From the NCBI RefSeq assembly GCF_009914755.1, contig NC_060927.1: 64,000 bases of DNA; one strand, 5' to 3'. The notes under the pieces are model-generated. The model was not told the origin of the DNA, did no database searches, and worked only from the letters and a program-made list of their open reading frames with translations. A program made the translations under genes and the position numbers. Shown here piece by piece: positions 44,215 through 62,719 of this stretch; the stretch's first letter is position 1; every line of letters begins with the position of its first letter. This stretch comes from the human T2T-CHM13v2.0 reference genome, Homo sapiens.

Positions 44215-47127
44215 AACAGTAAAAGGTGAAGGAAGCATTCAGAAGACAAAATTCTTCTTAATCTCTGAGTCTTGAGGAAAAGGGCAAGGGCAGGTATGAG
44301 TCTAGGGAAGTTTGTACATTTGTAGCAGGAAGAGGTGAGGAGCATCTAATAGCACAATAGCATCAGCATTTCCAATAAGCAGGATTCCAAAAATTCATTT
44401 TAATTTATTTCAGCCTCCTCTCAGACTAAATTCTATACCATATTGTTGTGGAAGACCCTTAAAAAAAACCCTCAAATATTTAAAATATCACCATCATGTA
44501 AGAATTATTTCTTCTCCTAAGAAGCATCTGGTATTAATAGACTATGACTATCGCGTGTTTTCTAAGATCTAAGTGTCCCTTCCCTCCAAAGACTGGCTAT
44601 CTATATCTAACAAAGGAAAATGTAACATTTGAAAATTCCCTGTTAAAAGATTTTGTTGTCATTTGGAAATCATATTTCTTGCTGTTTGCATTTCTATTAA
44701 AAATATAAAGAAATTTGTTCTTTGGTATCCCAAATGAAGTAAAAGTATTCTAATTGGTTGCATTCACAAGTCTACAATTTGCGGCTTAACAAAATTATTT
44801 TTGAAAAGGTCATAACCTGTACCCACATGCCCACCCAACCACACACACAGACATCCAGAATGGTCTTGTGATCATGTCTTCAGAAGTTTGGCTGCAAAGT
44901 TACAAGCAACAACTGTCCATCTGCACCCACCAACCTAGTGAACAATGCCAGTCTGGGACCCAAGGACTATTTACTCAACAGAAGAATTCCAACTTCAGGC
45001 AGGGGATAGGCGAAGTCCAGATAACATCTAGATATTTCTTGACATTGCATTTGATTGGAAATAAAGGAAAAGTAAAGCATTTCTGGTTAGTTTCTGTTTC
45101 TTAGTGTCTCTAGTTCCCATTTTATTTCAATCAAAATATCAAAATACTCTTTAGCCCATAGAGGGGACAGAGTTCCTAGTTTAATAAACCCTAAAATATA
45201 TAATTAAGATAAAGCCTCTGTAGGGTTACTCAGCACAACACTATAATTGCTCAGATTCCCTAGTGGATTCTCCAGTCAATTTCTCTGCATCCTTGAGGCA
45301 AAATCTTTTCCTTAATTGTCCTCACTTAGACCAGGTGCTAGGTGTCCTTCCTAGCCTGCAGGTCTTACAGGCCCATTCATCCCTAAGGGGGTCTTATATA
45401 TTAACCTTGCTTCTGAACTCTAAGCACTGGCAAGTCAGGCAGAAGGCCCAAAGGACCTAACAGCCCATAGGTAACTACAATGTTGGTAAGGTGGATTCTG
45501 CCAGATGCCAGCCTTGGATCCATTTTGGGTCCCTACAGATTTATGCTTCTACTATAATGAATTTCATAATTTCTAGTATGTGACCCAGGGTTGAACTAAG
45601 AAGTTATTCTTGCTTTCCCCTTTAGTTTTCCCTAATGGGACTTTGATCAACATGAAAACTAAAAATATCCTGGTGCTAGACCATTAACACTAGTTAACTA
45701 TTCCAGACTGTGGCCACTGTCAAAGACAGCCATCTTGTAATTGAATTCCACTGGGGACAAGAAGACTCAAAACAGAGTAGGTGAATGGATTGCTTAAAGT
45801 CCATCTCAGCTACTAAGGAGAATGAAGAGCAGCAGAAACTGAATTATTAATTCCCAACTCTATTCACAAGCCCCCTCTGGTGGAGGAAGTATTAGTAATG
45901 AAACAGCTATAACAATAACCAAAATTTTTTTAAAAGAGAAAAGGCAATCCACAACAAAACAATCAGCCCCTGCAGAAATGAGAGTCAAGTGTAGTGATTA
46001 GCAAATATGAGCTGCAACCTGAAAACCACTTACAGATGAAGCAGTATGATGAATGATTTACCAAAAGGTCAACACCGCTCTTTTGTCTTCATCACCCATC
46101 AGTTTTCCATCGCCCTCAATTTGTCTGGCACATAACAGAAAGCAGGGCATAAAATATTCCCCATAAAAATTAACCTTACTTTGCAACATTAAAAAAAAAA
46201 ACTTATAGTTGTATATAGTTGAAGCGTAGGGGCCAGCTTCTCAATTAGTACTCCTAGCATACAGTAGAAAAAGCGTTGACACTTAAAGCCCTATTACAAG
46301 AGGTAATGTTCTTAGCAAGTTCCGGAACTCTCTGCCCTATTCTTGCCTTGCTGACCCACTATTCTCAAGCGAAGGAAGGGGTCAGTAATCCCCCTACCAA
46401 ATACCACACCAATGGTGGCAGGAGGGGAGCATGTGACAGCATTTCCCCTTTTACTCTCCTGGAGGCCAAACTTCTTTGCAATCTCTGCTTTTAGCTAGCG
46501 TGGATGCCAGCCTTTCAACCTTGCTATGCCTGCAATACTTTCTGACAGATGAGCTATGAGATGTACCACCTTCCCACTCCCATTTGACAACCTTTGTACA
46601 AAAAGAAACACAACGCCAAGGGAAAGTATATTTTTAGGCATGAGGGATTCTGAAAATGAACATATCTGCAAACTTCTAGATCCCCTTAACCAGACCTGAA
46701 AAAGACATTAATCTATTTTAACTAAACTGATTAAATTGATTTAATCAGAAAGCGGGTCACTTCCCTCCTCCCTATCCTGTCGCTGAATTTACTAATTGTT
46801 TCTCCGGCTTTGCCCAATCAATAAGATATTTTGCATCTTGCAGATATAATGTAAGTTATCAGTTATTAAAAATTCCTCTTCCCGGTCTCTGGTTAAAGTG
46901 GGTACCTAAATATCTGCTTATTTATTTACGTCGTTGTTATTTGCAGATTTCTTTTTTAAAAAAAGCAGAATTAAAATGAAAGAAAAGGTCAAAAGAGTTT
47001 GGAAAAAAAGCTATCTACAGGGATGTTCATCACTGCATCATTTATAATAGTAAAACTTGGAAATCTTAAATTTCCAAGCAAAAGAAGACTGTTCAAATTA
47101 ATTATGGTATAGCCATAAAGTGGAATA

Positions 47128-47396
47128 CAGTCATGCATCACATAATGAAGTTTTGATCAATGACAGACCACATATATGATATCGATCCCATAAGATTATA
47201 ATGGAGCTAAAAAATTCCTACTGCTTAGTGACGTTGTAGTTGTCATAAAGTCATTGTGCATGCATTACCTTTTCTATGTTTAGATATGCAACTACTTACC
47301 TTTGTGTTACAGTTGCCTATAGTATTCAGTAAAGTGATGCTCACAAGAGTATGAAATTGTCTAATGACACAGTTTTCATTAAGTGAGGCATGACTA
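47128..47396. mobile_element. Tigger3/MER47-family MITE inserted at a TA within an L1ME fragment
   Basis: CAGTCATGC...GCATGACT terminal inverted repeats; CCCATAAGATTATAATGGAGCT internal motif; L1M sequence continues on both sides. Confidence 0.75.
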
Positions 47397-47655
47397 CACT
47401 ATGCAGACATTGAAAATTAAGTGGTGGAATATTTAATAACAAAAAAAGATTTGTGGTACTATTAAGGGGGGAAACACATTGCAAAACAGTAGATACTGTA
47501 ATATCATATTTATTGAGAGCTGTTATCTTTGTATACCATTGGTTTGACAAACATTCATTGGTCAGCCATCTTCCATTCATAACCTCTTCTCTCCAGCATT
47601 CCTTGCACTTGGGAATTGTTCTATAAAATAAAATATTAAAGAAGAAGGCTGCTAG

Positions 47656-48012
<357 letters not shown>

Positions 48013-49069
48013 TAGGGCTTTTCTTCTTGTCTGATTAAAAGGAGCGGATTTATCTAACAGGTCTCTTTTTGTATTTATCCTTTATCTTTCCAATCTAAAC
48101 ATAACGTCTGGAGGAACAGCAGCTTCATTGTGACCATGAAGACAAAAAAATAACACGCTAAGAACAGTAGAAGAGAAATGCCAAAACATCAGCTCTAGAT
48201 TATCCTCTAAAGACTTGGAGAAAGTCACTATTGGTTGGATTTTCTTTATTTTGCAGCTGAACACATTCCTGATACACAGGAGATTCTGTTTTTGTTTTTT
48301 GCTTATCTGTGGCTTTTATATTTTCTACCATAGTATGTACTGTTTTATCATAAGAAAAAAATACTGGATACAAGAAAAAGGGTCTTTTGTATTCTTCAAG
48401 AGAAATCTAGAGGCTGTGAGTTGGAGTCTCAAATCATCCAAGGAACAAAAGCACAGGCAAAGAAGACATGCCAATAATAAAATTCTTAGAGCTGCTTAAC
48501 ATTATTAATATTTTCATTCCCTTCAACAGAAACTGTTTACAGCTATTAGTATTACTGTTTTTCGAGTCATGGAACACTTAAGATCTACTATGGTGTCAGG
48601 TGCTACTTAAGGCACCAAGTATCCAAACAATAAGGCAGCCCATGACCAAAAGGAACCGTAACAAGCAAACGAAGAGGAAAAACCTAGCAGGGTAAAACAC
48701 ACTGCCTAACATTGCTCAGCTGGTTAATGGTGAAGCCAGGACTGGAATGCAGGTCTCTTGACACCTAACGACCTTCATCACCCTATCATATGCTTAACCC
48801 ACTTACCATTTAGAAGAAAGAAGTGCAGCTTGCTACCAGCACAACGCTCTCGGAGCAAACGGGAAATGGGTTAAGCATTAATATCTGGCTAAAAGATGTA
48901 AGAAAAACTCTGGTGAGAGTATTTAAGGAGAATGATCTAGATGGGGGTCAAAAAACATCAGAGACAGACCTTGTTCTTCATTAACTAGTATTTATAGTTA
49001 TAGCAGGATTGTTTTCCCTAAATAAAGGGAAAGGTCTCTTTGAGTGGGGCAGAAAGGATTCCACTTTTT

Positions 49070-49377
49070 GGCTGGGTGCAGTGGCTGATGCCTGGAGTCC
49101 CAGCACTTTGGGAGGCCAAGGCGAGTGGATCACCTGAGGTCAGGAGTTCAAGACCAGCCTGGTTAACATGGTGAAACCCCATCTCTACTAAAAATACAAA
49201 AATTAGCTGGGCATGGTGGCGGGCACCTGTAATCCCAGCTACTCGGGAGGCTGAGGCAGGAGAATTGCTTAAACCTGGGAGGCAGAGGTTGGTGAGCTGA
49301 GATCATGCCATTGCACTCCAGCCTGGGAGACAAGAGCAAAACTCCGTCCTCCCCACCCCACCCCCAAAAAAAAAAAA
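49070..49377 (+). mobile_element. AluS (Sq-like) with a C-rich tail
   Basis: Full dimer; TSD GATTCCACTTTTT at 49057-49069 and 49380-49392. Confidence 0.96.
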
Positions 49378-49723
49378 GAGATTCCACTTTTTATCTATCT
49401 ATACCACACCGAATCAGTTGATCAATCCACTGACCACAGATTGTAATCTCGGCCAACCACTATAGTGGGGAAAGAAAACATAGCAGTGCAATCAGCTGTT
49501 GGATACCACAGGCAACTTGACAAGTCAGTGACAACTTGGCCTATTTATTCATCTTTTAACCGTTTGTTCTGGTGTCTGTGTAGTCACAATCAAAGAATAG
49601 TCCCTAGGAATCCATGGAGTTTCATTGAAATGGAGTTAGGGCTTTGGATCATATGCAGAATCTCAGTACTATTCCACGAGAAGGGCAGCCACATTGCCTC
49701 TGAATGGCCAAAACATAGGGTAG

Positions 49724-50249
49724 TGAAGAGTGGGAGAATATGCCAGCCCGAAATATGCCACTTTAGCCTAAGGATTATGTGGAGCTAAAGGCACATTAAA
49801 ATACAAAACAAAACCCAGCAGGTGCAAGAAGTGTTCTCTAACCCTCCCCTTTTTCTTCCTGAAAACAGGAAACAAAACCCCCATATAGAAGACGTCCAGC
49901 TATACCAGAAGGAAAGTCTCATTCTTATCATCAAGGATGGGAAAATGAGACTAGGAAAAGTCTGTACAAACAGATCTTGTTAAAATAATTCTTATCTTCC
50001 TTTAGCCTTTCCACACAGTTGAGTTACTTTTCCACAACTGCCTCTCTTTGTTCAACCTAATATAAAACCATCTAGGTTTTGCCACTTCTTTGAGTCTTCA
50101 TTTCCTTATGAGGTATCTCATGTCACATAAAACTTATATTAAATAAATGTGTGTGCTTTTCTCCCATTAATCTATCTTATATTCATTTAAGTCTTAGGCC
50201 CAGCTGAAAAGAAAACCCTAAAAGAGTGTACAATTTTGCCTCCTCTACA
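49724..50249 (+). mobile_element. Solo ERV1 LTR, MER34/MER39-like
   Basis: TG...CA termini; GAATATGCCAGCCCGAAATATGCCACTTTAGCC 5' motif related to the LTR at 9640; TATAAAA and AATAAA present. Confidence 0.8.
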
Positions 50250-53200
50250 GTATCCATCTTGAAAGCTGAAAGTTCACTCTCAATATGCCTTAAGAATAAG
50301 AACAAGTGGGGGCATGTTTTTTAGCCATAGTTATTCGTAACCCAAACAAACAAGTAAAGGATAATATAAGTGCCAAAAATATAAATGTTGTCTGGATTCA
50401 CACATATCTTATTTGAGTGACTGTCATTTTATACTGTCGTAATCTGTTTGCATGTCTGTCTTTCCACTAAACTATATGCTCCCTAAACGCAAGGACGATT
50501 TCCTTTCATCTTTGCTAAGAATGTCCAAGCCTTCCTCCTTCCAAGGCTCGAACTGGATTCCAACTATAAAAGTCTATAAAATATGACAGCTATTTGGACC
50601 GAAATCCTTCATTCCAAACTATCCTACTTAAAAAAAAAAGTCAACTTTTTAACATTTCCAAAATATCCTGAAGGGAGGGAAAAATCACACATTAAATTCT
50701 GTCAAGTAACATTTACCTCCTCAAGCCCTGACTAATCGGAAATGACTGGACTTGGCAGCTCCTTTTATCACGTGGTCTATCAGCTAAATTTAGCTCCTGT
50801 TGTGCCAATTGAAAAATGCCAACATCCCTTCCCATCTCATACAACATCCCAACCCGCCAATGACTCTAGGGTCTCTCTGGCAATCTGGTGTGACCACTCC
50901 TCATCAGATCAAAATATAAATTACAAACCAAACTTAAAGTGTCCAAGTAGCCCCATCCAGAAGAGCAATGATGAAGTTAGAAGAGACGAAGACGAGAAGG
51001 GTGCCAGATTCATTACTATTGATTCCCTGCTGGTCTTTCAATGTCACGGAAAGATGTCCATTATAGTTCTATGAAGAGCATTTGGCTCAGTTTAAACTCT
51101 TTTGTTTTCAGTTCCTTTAAAAACAAAAATCAACCACGAAGGATAAACAACTAGAAATTAATGGAGCCCAAAGGGTTTCTGCAGAATGAGAAGCCTTCAT
51201 CACTGCACCCTAATTATGTAAATCTGCTCCTGCAGAGTCCAGTACATTTATTTATTAAGTCTCACCACTGCCATCCTGGTAACCCAGAGAAGAAGCCAAT
51301 CTATAATGACTCAAGCCACATTTCAAAATAGACTCCAAAGGACACATGATGTCATTTGCTAAAATGACTCAATCCAGATGGAAAGCATTCTGACCTATAC
51401 ATAATTGATTGACCTTTGCTATGCTTTCCCCAGTTATTTATATACTATCATATGCATGAATGTATATCAGTGGTATTTACACTTGGCAGCTACTTTTAAG
51501 AACACATTATTCAATTGGGATTTGAAGCTTTTTACGACCATTTCCTGACCAAACATTCATAAATGACGAACAAGGAAAGATGTTATCTTAAAAATAATGT
51601 TTAATAGGCTCTGGAGAGTTTAGAGAAGCTTTGCTACTCTAGTTATTTTAAATTACAGGGGACAAGATCTATGTACATAAAGCTGAGTTCAAACCCTGAA
51701 ACTGAGGATACCAAAGGACATTTTATTTACTTTCCAGTTTGGAGCTCAATAATGATAGTAAAATATGCTGTACAGAAGGCATGGAATGTTTTAGATACAT
51801 GTGAGAAGAGCATCAACTGTGGTGAAGGTAGTTAGAGACAATAACAAATTATCAGAATCTAACCATGGATTTCATTTTCCAAAAGAGGTTAGCTGCAAAT
51901 TGGATAATACCCAGATAATCAAGATAGTTTCAAGATGATCATAGAAGGGGAGGCAGATAGATTAGGGAAGGCAAATATGAAGCAAGCATGTCTTTACTCC
52001 CATTAGGAATACCCAAGGCAGACATCCATAACTGATTACTGAATTCTTAACCACAGAGCCCTCACTTGGCTCAAAATACTTTTCCAATAGTACTCCAGGC
52101 AAACACCATCAACCAAACAGACTTGTCCTAATAACATAAACAGAGAAAGTTGTATCTTATTTACTGATCAAATTAATTCTATTTATTGTTACCATATACT
52201 CCAAGATTCAATCTAAAACTAAACAGGTTTTTAAATTCAAAATTTAAAGTCACATCTCTGAATCCTAAGAAAACGTTAAGTCAAATCTAGTAGTTTTCCA
52301 TACTTCATGGTAGGCTAGAATGACCCTTAATGTAAATGAAAAGCAAGCAGGAAAGCTAAACAGGAGAAGATGAAAATGCTTATATGTTCACATAGGAATA
52401 TTATATAGCAGTGAAAAGGAAGGAACTACGGCCACATGCAACCACAGGAATAAATCTTAGAAACAGAAATCCAAGTGGAAATAGCACATGGAGAAGACTA
52501 CATACAGCAGTGCTTTCCAAGTAGTGTGCCTCAGTAAGTGGGTTACAAGTGTTCCCAATCCCCTTAGTTCTGGGGTGAATAGTACCTGGAGTAGCCAAAG
52601 TCTTGTGTCAAGCCAGAGCATTTATATCAGGAGGTTCTAGAATATTTTCAAGTTCTATGTATGCCATGATGGAAGAAGTTAGGAAGCACTGACATACAAT
52701 AATTCTTTCCAGAGATTAAACCATTATAAAACCATTTTATAATACTTAAAAACTAAAATGTATCTGCTTAGGCATATATATACATATATATATACACACA
52801 CACACATATATACATGTGACAAATTTATTTCAAAATGATAAAAGAAAAGCAAGGAAAACATGAATGGATACTTCATCCAGTACATCCATTCATTCAGTAT
52901 AATGGTTACTGTTGGAAACAATAGGCAGGAGATGAGTTAGGTACAAAAACACTTCAGTAGATGGTAATGTTACAGTTCTTAAGGTAGATGGTGGTTCATG
53001 GGTGTTTAGTTTATTATACTCCAAGCATATTATTTTATAAATACAACATGTTATATACTACTTTTCTCAAAACATCAAGGTTAAGAAGGAAGGAAACTTT
53101 TTAGCTGATTCTGAGTCAATTTTTCACAGTTGAATCTCAATATGGCAATTCAAGAATAGATACAACTACTTTTGGAAGACTGAAACTCAGAGGTCAAGAT

Positions 53201-54310
53201 TTTGTCCTCATGCAACTAGAATAGTCCAAAGGTTTCTAACAGTCAACTCATGTACCCTATTTAATGATTACAAGATTTTGTTCTAATCCAAATAGAGTAT
53301 TAATGAAAAATTGTTGTAAACCTAAAGTTACATTTCCCTACTGAAACAAAAACATCACAAAACCCATATGTAAGCCTCTTAGTTAAGATCCATTTAGTTA
53401 TAAAAAACAAAACCCAACCTGAAGTGTTCAAGTAAAAGGATTCTGGATGAGGAATTAGAGGTATCCTACAGCACATAGGATAGCAAGTACAGCCAGGCCT
53501 TATGAAGAACCAGAGCCAGGGTGTAGGCAGCCTTTCAGATCCGAGGTTGAAACATTCTCTCTCTCTTGGGCTGCAGGTTCTTGTGTCTCTACTTCTTTCT
53601 GGAACCTTTACTTTATTGTCCCTACCTTTAGCTGTGCTTTTTCTGCTTTGGCATCGACATGACCAAATATTTGTATCTCTTGTGATTTAAGTTTAAACCA
53701 AGTAGTGCCCTGAAGACAATTTCAAAATGCCCAGAGGGGAAAAAGAATCTAATTAACCCAACCAAGGTCAAAATCTGTCTACACCGGGTTTAATCAGACA
53801 CAGCTGTACATAAGGAGTTACCAATTCCAACAACTACAGGGGCCAGGCAGGTAATTAAAAGTATGATGCTGACCAGGTGTAAAACCAGAAGCTGGAAGAA
53901 AAGGGTCTTACAACAAAGAGAACTCATGCTGCCTCTCCACTTTGGATATGTAATAATAGAAATCCAGATTTTCATTGAAATTTCTTGATTTTTAAAATAC
54001 ATCTGTATACGTTAGGCCACAGGCTTCTACTGTCAGCGTCCTACAAAAAATGAATTGTGAATATTTCAGTTTCGGGGGGTCACACTGGGCAAACCTGACT
54101 TAGATACCAGCCCTTTGGGTAGAAGAGCAGGTCTCACAGAAGGGCTCATGGTCAGGCAGTACTGCAACAAAGCCTGGATTATGCACTACTTTACACACCC
54201 TCCCCATGAAATACACACATCAGCTAAACTTCTAAAAATATCTTGTTCAAAATCAGATACTAAGCCGGGCAGAGATAATCATCATGTAGCTTTGTATGGG
54301 TTCATAGTAA

Positions 54311-54696
<386 letters not shown>

Positions 54697-56018
54697 CATC
54701 TTCTTTTCTGTCCACAGCCAAAACATCCTGCCACAAAAGGACCATTTGTTACAAAACAACTGCATATTCTTTTTTCAGTTAACTGAAGGTAACACAGGCC
54801 CTCCTGTGTCAATTTCTTCACCATACAAAACTGGGAGACACAGAAGTCATAGCTTAAGTAAGTGTCACTTCCTCTCGGAAGCCCAGCCTGAGTCCCTGAT
54901 CTTGTATAAGGCAAATGTCCCTTTACAAAGCACCTGTTTCCCTTGCTGTGGTGCCTAACCACAGCACAACTGATATTGTATATGCACAACTGTCTATTTA
55001 TCTCTTCCACATAGGTGAGCTTCTGGAAAGCACAGATACTGTCTAATCCTCCTTCTCTGTTCTTAACACCTGTTTGTTAAATAAATACATTCTGTAGTCA
55101 GACATGTCAAAAATTTTATTTTTTAATTTTTAGCAGCTAATTTTAAAAATGCTGAATTTAGACTAGATTCCTCCTTATTCTTTTGTACGCACTTAAAAAT
55201 TTTCAACAAAACACTTAAAATCTTTTACTCAGAAAAGAACTACACATATCACTCTGAATTACTACAGACTCAATATCACATTGTTGTGGGGCTTTCAAGA
55301 ATCTGTGCTTATATTTAAGCTAAAAATCCTTCACAGCACCTCCTGTCAGTTTGTAGATACGCATAGATTTTCTCAATATACCTGTATTGATATAGATATA
55401 AATATACCTGGTATAGAATAAGGCACGGTAAAATTCTCTACCTAGACATAAAACCCATATATTTAAACTTATGAGAAATCTGGAGAAGTACAGTATATAC
55501 ATGTCCAGCAAGACTTATGTTCCATTTTAAAGAAATGAGCCTTGGCAAATTTCCCTAGCACTGAGAACTGTTTAGCAAGAATTAATTTTTAAATGAAATA
55601 AGCTAAAAATAAAATAGATGTAGTATTATTTATACTTAAGTCTTGTTCTTTAGCAATTATTAAAGGTTACACTGGTATGTTTTATCATTGGTAACTGGAC
55701 TCAAGTTTGACCAAATGTTTCTCTTTACCCATGAAAAATAGTTGCAATGTTCCAATTTTGACTGCCATTCCAGGTCTTTGGTGGCCCTTCATCAAGTGCA
55801 ATTTGGTAGCCTAAATGATATGGGAGGGACAGAGCATAATTTCATGGCAGTAAGTATAGCTGAGACAGAAAGGTTAAACAAGGTCCATGTCTTTGGACAC
55901 TTGACCCTAAGTTATGACAGATTAACTTTAAAAGACAATGTTTTATCTTGAACAGAGGGGAGTTTTGTCTTCTCCTTCCAGCTAGGTGGAAGTATTTGGC
56001 AAATGTCTTCTTTGGAAA

Positions 56019-56073
56019 GAATTATTTAGCAATGGAATTATAATCGGAATTATTTAGCAATGGAATTATAATC
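56019..56073. repeat. 28-bp-period tandem duplication
   Basis: GAATTATTTAGCAATGGAATTATAATC x2, separated by one G. Confidence 0.95.
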
Positions 56074-57812
56074 AATGTAGTAAGGACAGAAAAAGCAAAC
56101 TAAGGACAAAGGAATAAATGAAGAAATGACAGCCACACTTGCCAAGGTGAATTCCATTCAGGGAATTTGCCAAATGAAAAGGATATTAACATTAACTTAA
56201 GCAGGTTTCCTTACTTCAGGAATTGTCTGTCTTTAATATTCATAATGGTCCTCATGAATTTTCCAAAGGATAGAGTATGCAGCATTTATGATTATTTAAA
56301 GGCTTTATAAATGTAACTGCTCTTGGGCATAGTGGTGCTATCAGGCAGACCTAGGTTGAAATTCTGGCTCTGTCAGCGGCTGTGATTTCATGTGCTAATT
56401 TCTTAACTCTTATGAGCCTCAATTACCTTGTCTGAAAAATCAGCCCTTTCATTTATATTTCAACAGAACTTCTGCCCTTGATGTCCCTTTGAAGTTATTT
56501 CCCATAATTAGTCACAGATCATAGCATCATCAGCTGCAATCATCTTATCTCCATTCTATTAACAAATTTACATACATTCTTTTGTATGTTCAACAAACAG
56601 CATATGCCAAGCTGAGCTGGCAACTGGACAAAAACATATTATATGTGGTTTCTGAACACCCAGAGCTCACTATCTTGTTGGGGAGAAAGGCAGTGAGGAA
56701 ATAGTAATGCAGAGCAGTGACAGGTGCCCATAAGGGGTTCGCCTAGTTTGGAGAGGAGAAAACATTTGAGTTGAAATCTGAAGAGAGAAAATGAAGCCAC
56801 TGGAGATGAAGAAAACAAACTTCCATGGGGCTGAGGGAACAAGAATGTGCAAATGCTCTGTGGGAGGCAGAAAGAAAGAGATTTTGAGGAGGAAAAAGGG
56901 CAGTGTAGTTTGCGTGCAAAAACCAGGTGAGCAAGATGGGAGAATCAGGAGAGGCTTTTTCTTTTTTTTTTTTTTTTTAATGTCAACACTGTTTGGTGTT
57001 TATTTGGTGAGCCTGAGGGCAATTTTCATTCTCATTTCTTTTTCTTATTGATTATTTCCAACCCTTTCAACAGTGAACATGCGTTGCTTTTGCAATTACA
57101 ACAACAACAAGAATCCCTATAGACAAAGCAAAAAATATATACTTTGTAATGTTTTTAAAAAACAAAGATTAAACTACACTAAAATATAAGGTGATTATCT
57201 CTGAATGATAAGTTTTGGGGCAGTTTTTTTTTTACCCTCATCACTGCTTTCCGAATTCCAAAGATAAAAAGATACTACTTGAATAAGAAGAAAAATAAAG
57301 AGAGTTGTGTTTCAAGCTTTCCCTCTTCCCTTCTTCCCACCCTATCTAACACTTGGAATATCCCATGAGGGTCTCCAACGTCAGCAGGAACTAAGAGCCA
57401 AGAGTCGACTGAGAGATGACTTTCTTTCTCTTTCTTTTTTGTTGTGTGGTGAAGAAAGAAATCATAATCTGACGTCTAAAGAGCACTTCACTGTTGCTCT
57501 TGGTTGGACTCTAAATCACATTGGGAAAATTAAAACTACAATGAGAAACATCTTACACCAGTCATGATGACTATTATTTTTTCAATTTTATTTTTATTAC
57601 ACTTTAAGTTCTAGGGTACATGTGCACAACGTGCAGGTTTGTTACATATGTATACATGTGCCATGTTAGTGTGCTGCACCCATTAACTCATCATTTACAT
57701 TAGGTATATTTCCTAATGCTATCCGTCCCTCCTCCCCCCACCCCACAACAGGCCCCGGTGTGTGGCCCCGGTGTGTGATGTTCTCCATCCTGTGTCTATG
57801 TGTTCTCATTGT

Positions 57813-61633
<3,821 letters not shown>

Positions 61634-61696
61634 TTTGATGTTAGCTGGTTATTTCGCCCATTAGTTGGTGCAGTTTCTTCCTAGCATCAATGGTGT

Positions 61697-62719
61697 TTAC
61701 AATTTGGCATGTTTTTGCAGTGGCTGTTACTGGTTGTTCCTTTCCATGTTTAATGCTTCCTTCAGGAGCTCTTGTAAGGCAGGCCTGGTGGTGACAAAGT
61801 CTCTCAGCATTTGCTTGTCTGTAAAGGATTTTATTTCTCCTTCACTTCTGAAGCTTAGTTTGGCTGGATATGAAATTCTGGGTTGAAAATTCTTGTCTTT
61901 AAGAATGTTGAATTGGCCCCCATTCTCTTCTGGCTTGTAGAGTTTCTGCCAAGAGATCTGTTGTTAGTCTGATGGGCTTCCCTTTGTGGGTAACCTGACC
62001 TTTCTCTCTGGCTGCTCTTAACATTTTTTCCTTCATTTCAACTTTGGTGAATCTGACAATTATGTGTCTTGGAGTTGCTCTTCTTGAGGAGTATCTTTGT
62101 GGTTGTCTCTGTATTTCCTGAATTTGAATGTTGGCCTGCCTTGCTAGGTTTGGGAAGTTCTCCTGGATAATATCCTGCAGAGTGTTTTCCAACTTGGTTC
62201 CATTCTCCTCATCACTTTCAGGTACACCAAGCAGACGTAGATTTGGTCTTTTCACATAGTCCCATATTTCCTGGAGGCTTTGTTCATTTCTTTTTTCTCT
62301 TTTTTCTCTAAACTTCTCTTCCGGCTTCATTTCATTCATTTGTTCTTCAATCACTGATATTCTTTCTTCCACTTGATCGAATTGGCTACTGAAGCTTGTG
62401 CATGCATCACGTAGTTCTCATGCCATGGTTTTCAGCTCCATCAGGTCATTTAAGTTCTTCTCTACACTGATTATTCTAGTTAGCGATTCGTCTAATCTTT
62501 TTTCAAGGTTTTTAGCTTCTTTGCGATGGGTTCGAACATCCTCCTTTAGCTTGGAGAAGTTTGTTATTCTGATCTTCTGAAGCCTTCTTCACTCAACTTG
62601 TCAAAGTCATTCTCCATCCAGCTTTGTTCCCTTGCTGGCGAGGAGCTAGGTTCCTTTGTAGGAGAAGAGGCACTCTGATTTTTAGAATTTTCAGCTTTTC
62701 TGCTCTGGTTTCTCCCCAT
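61697..62719 (-). pseudogene. L1 ORF1p, disrupted
   Basis: ATG at 62719-62717; ORF1 fragment 61899-62372 (EQSLQEIWDYVKRPNLRL...); stops and frameshifts. Confidence 0.93.
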
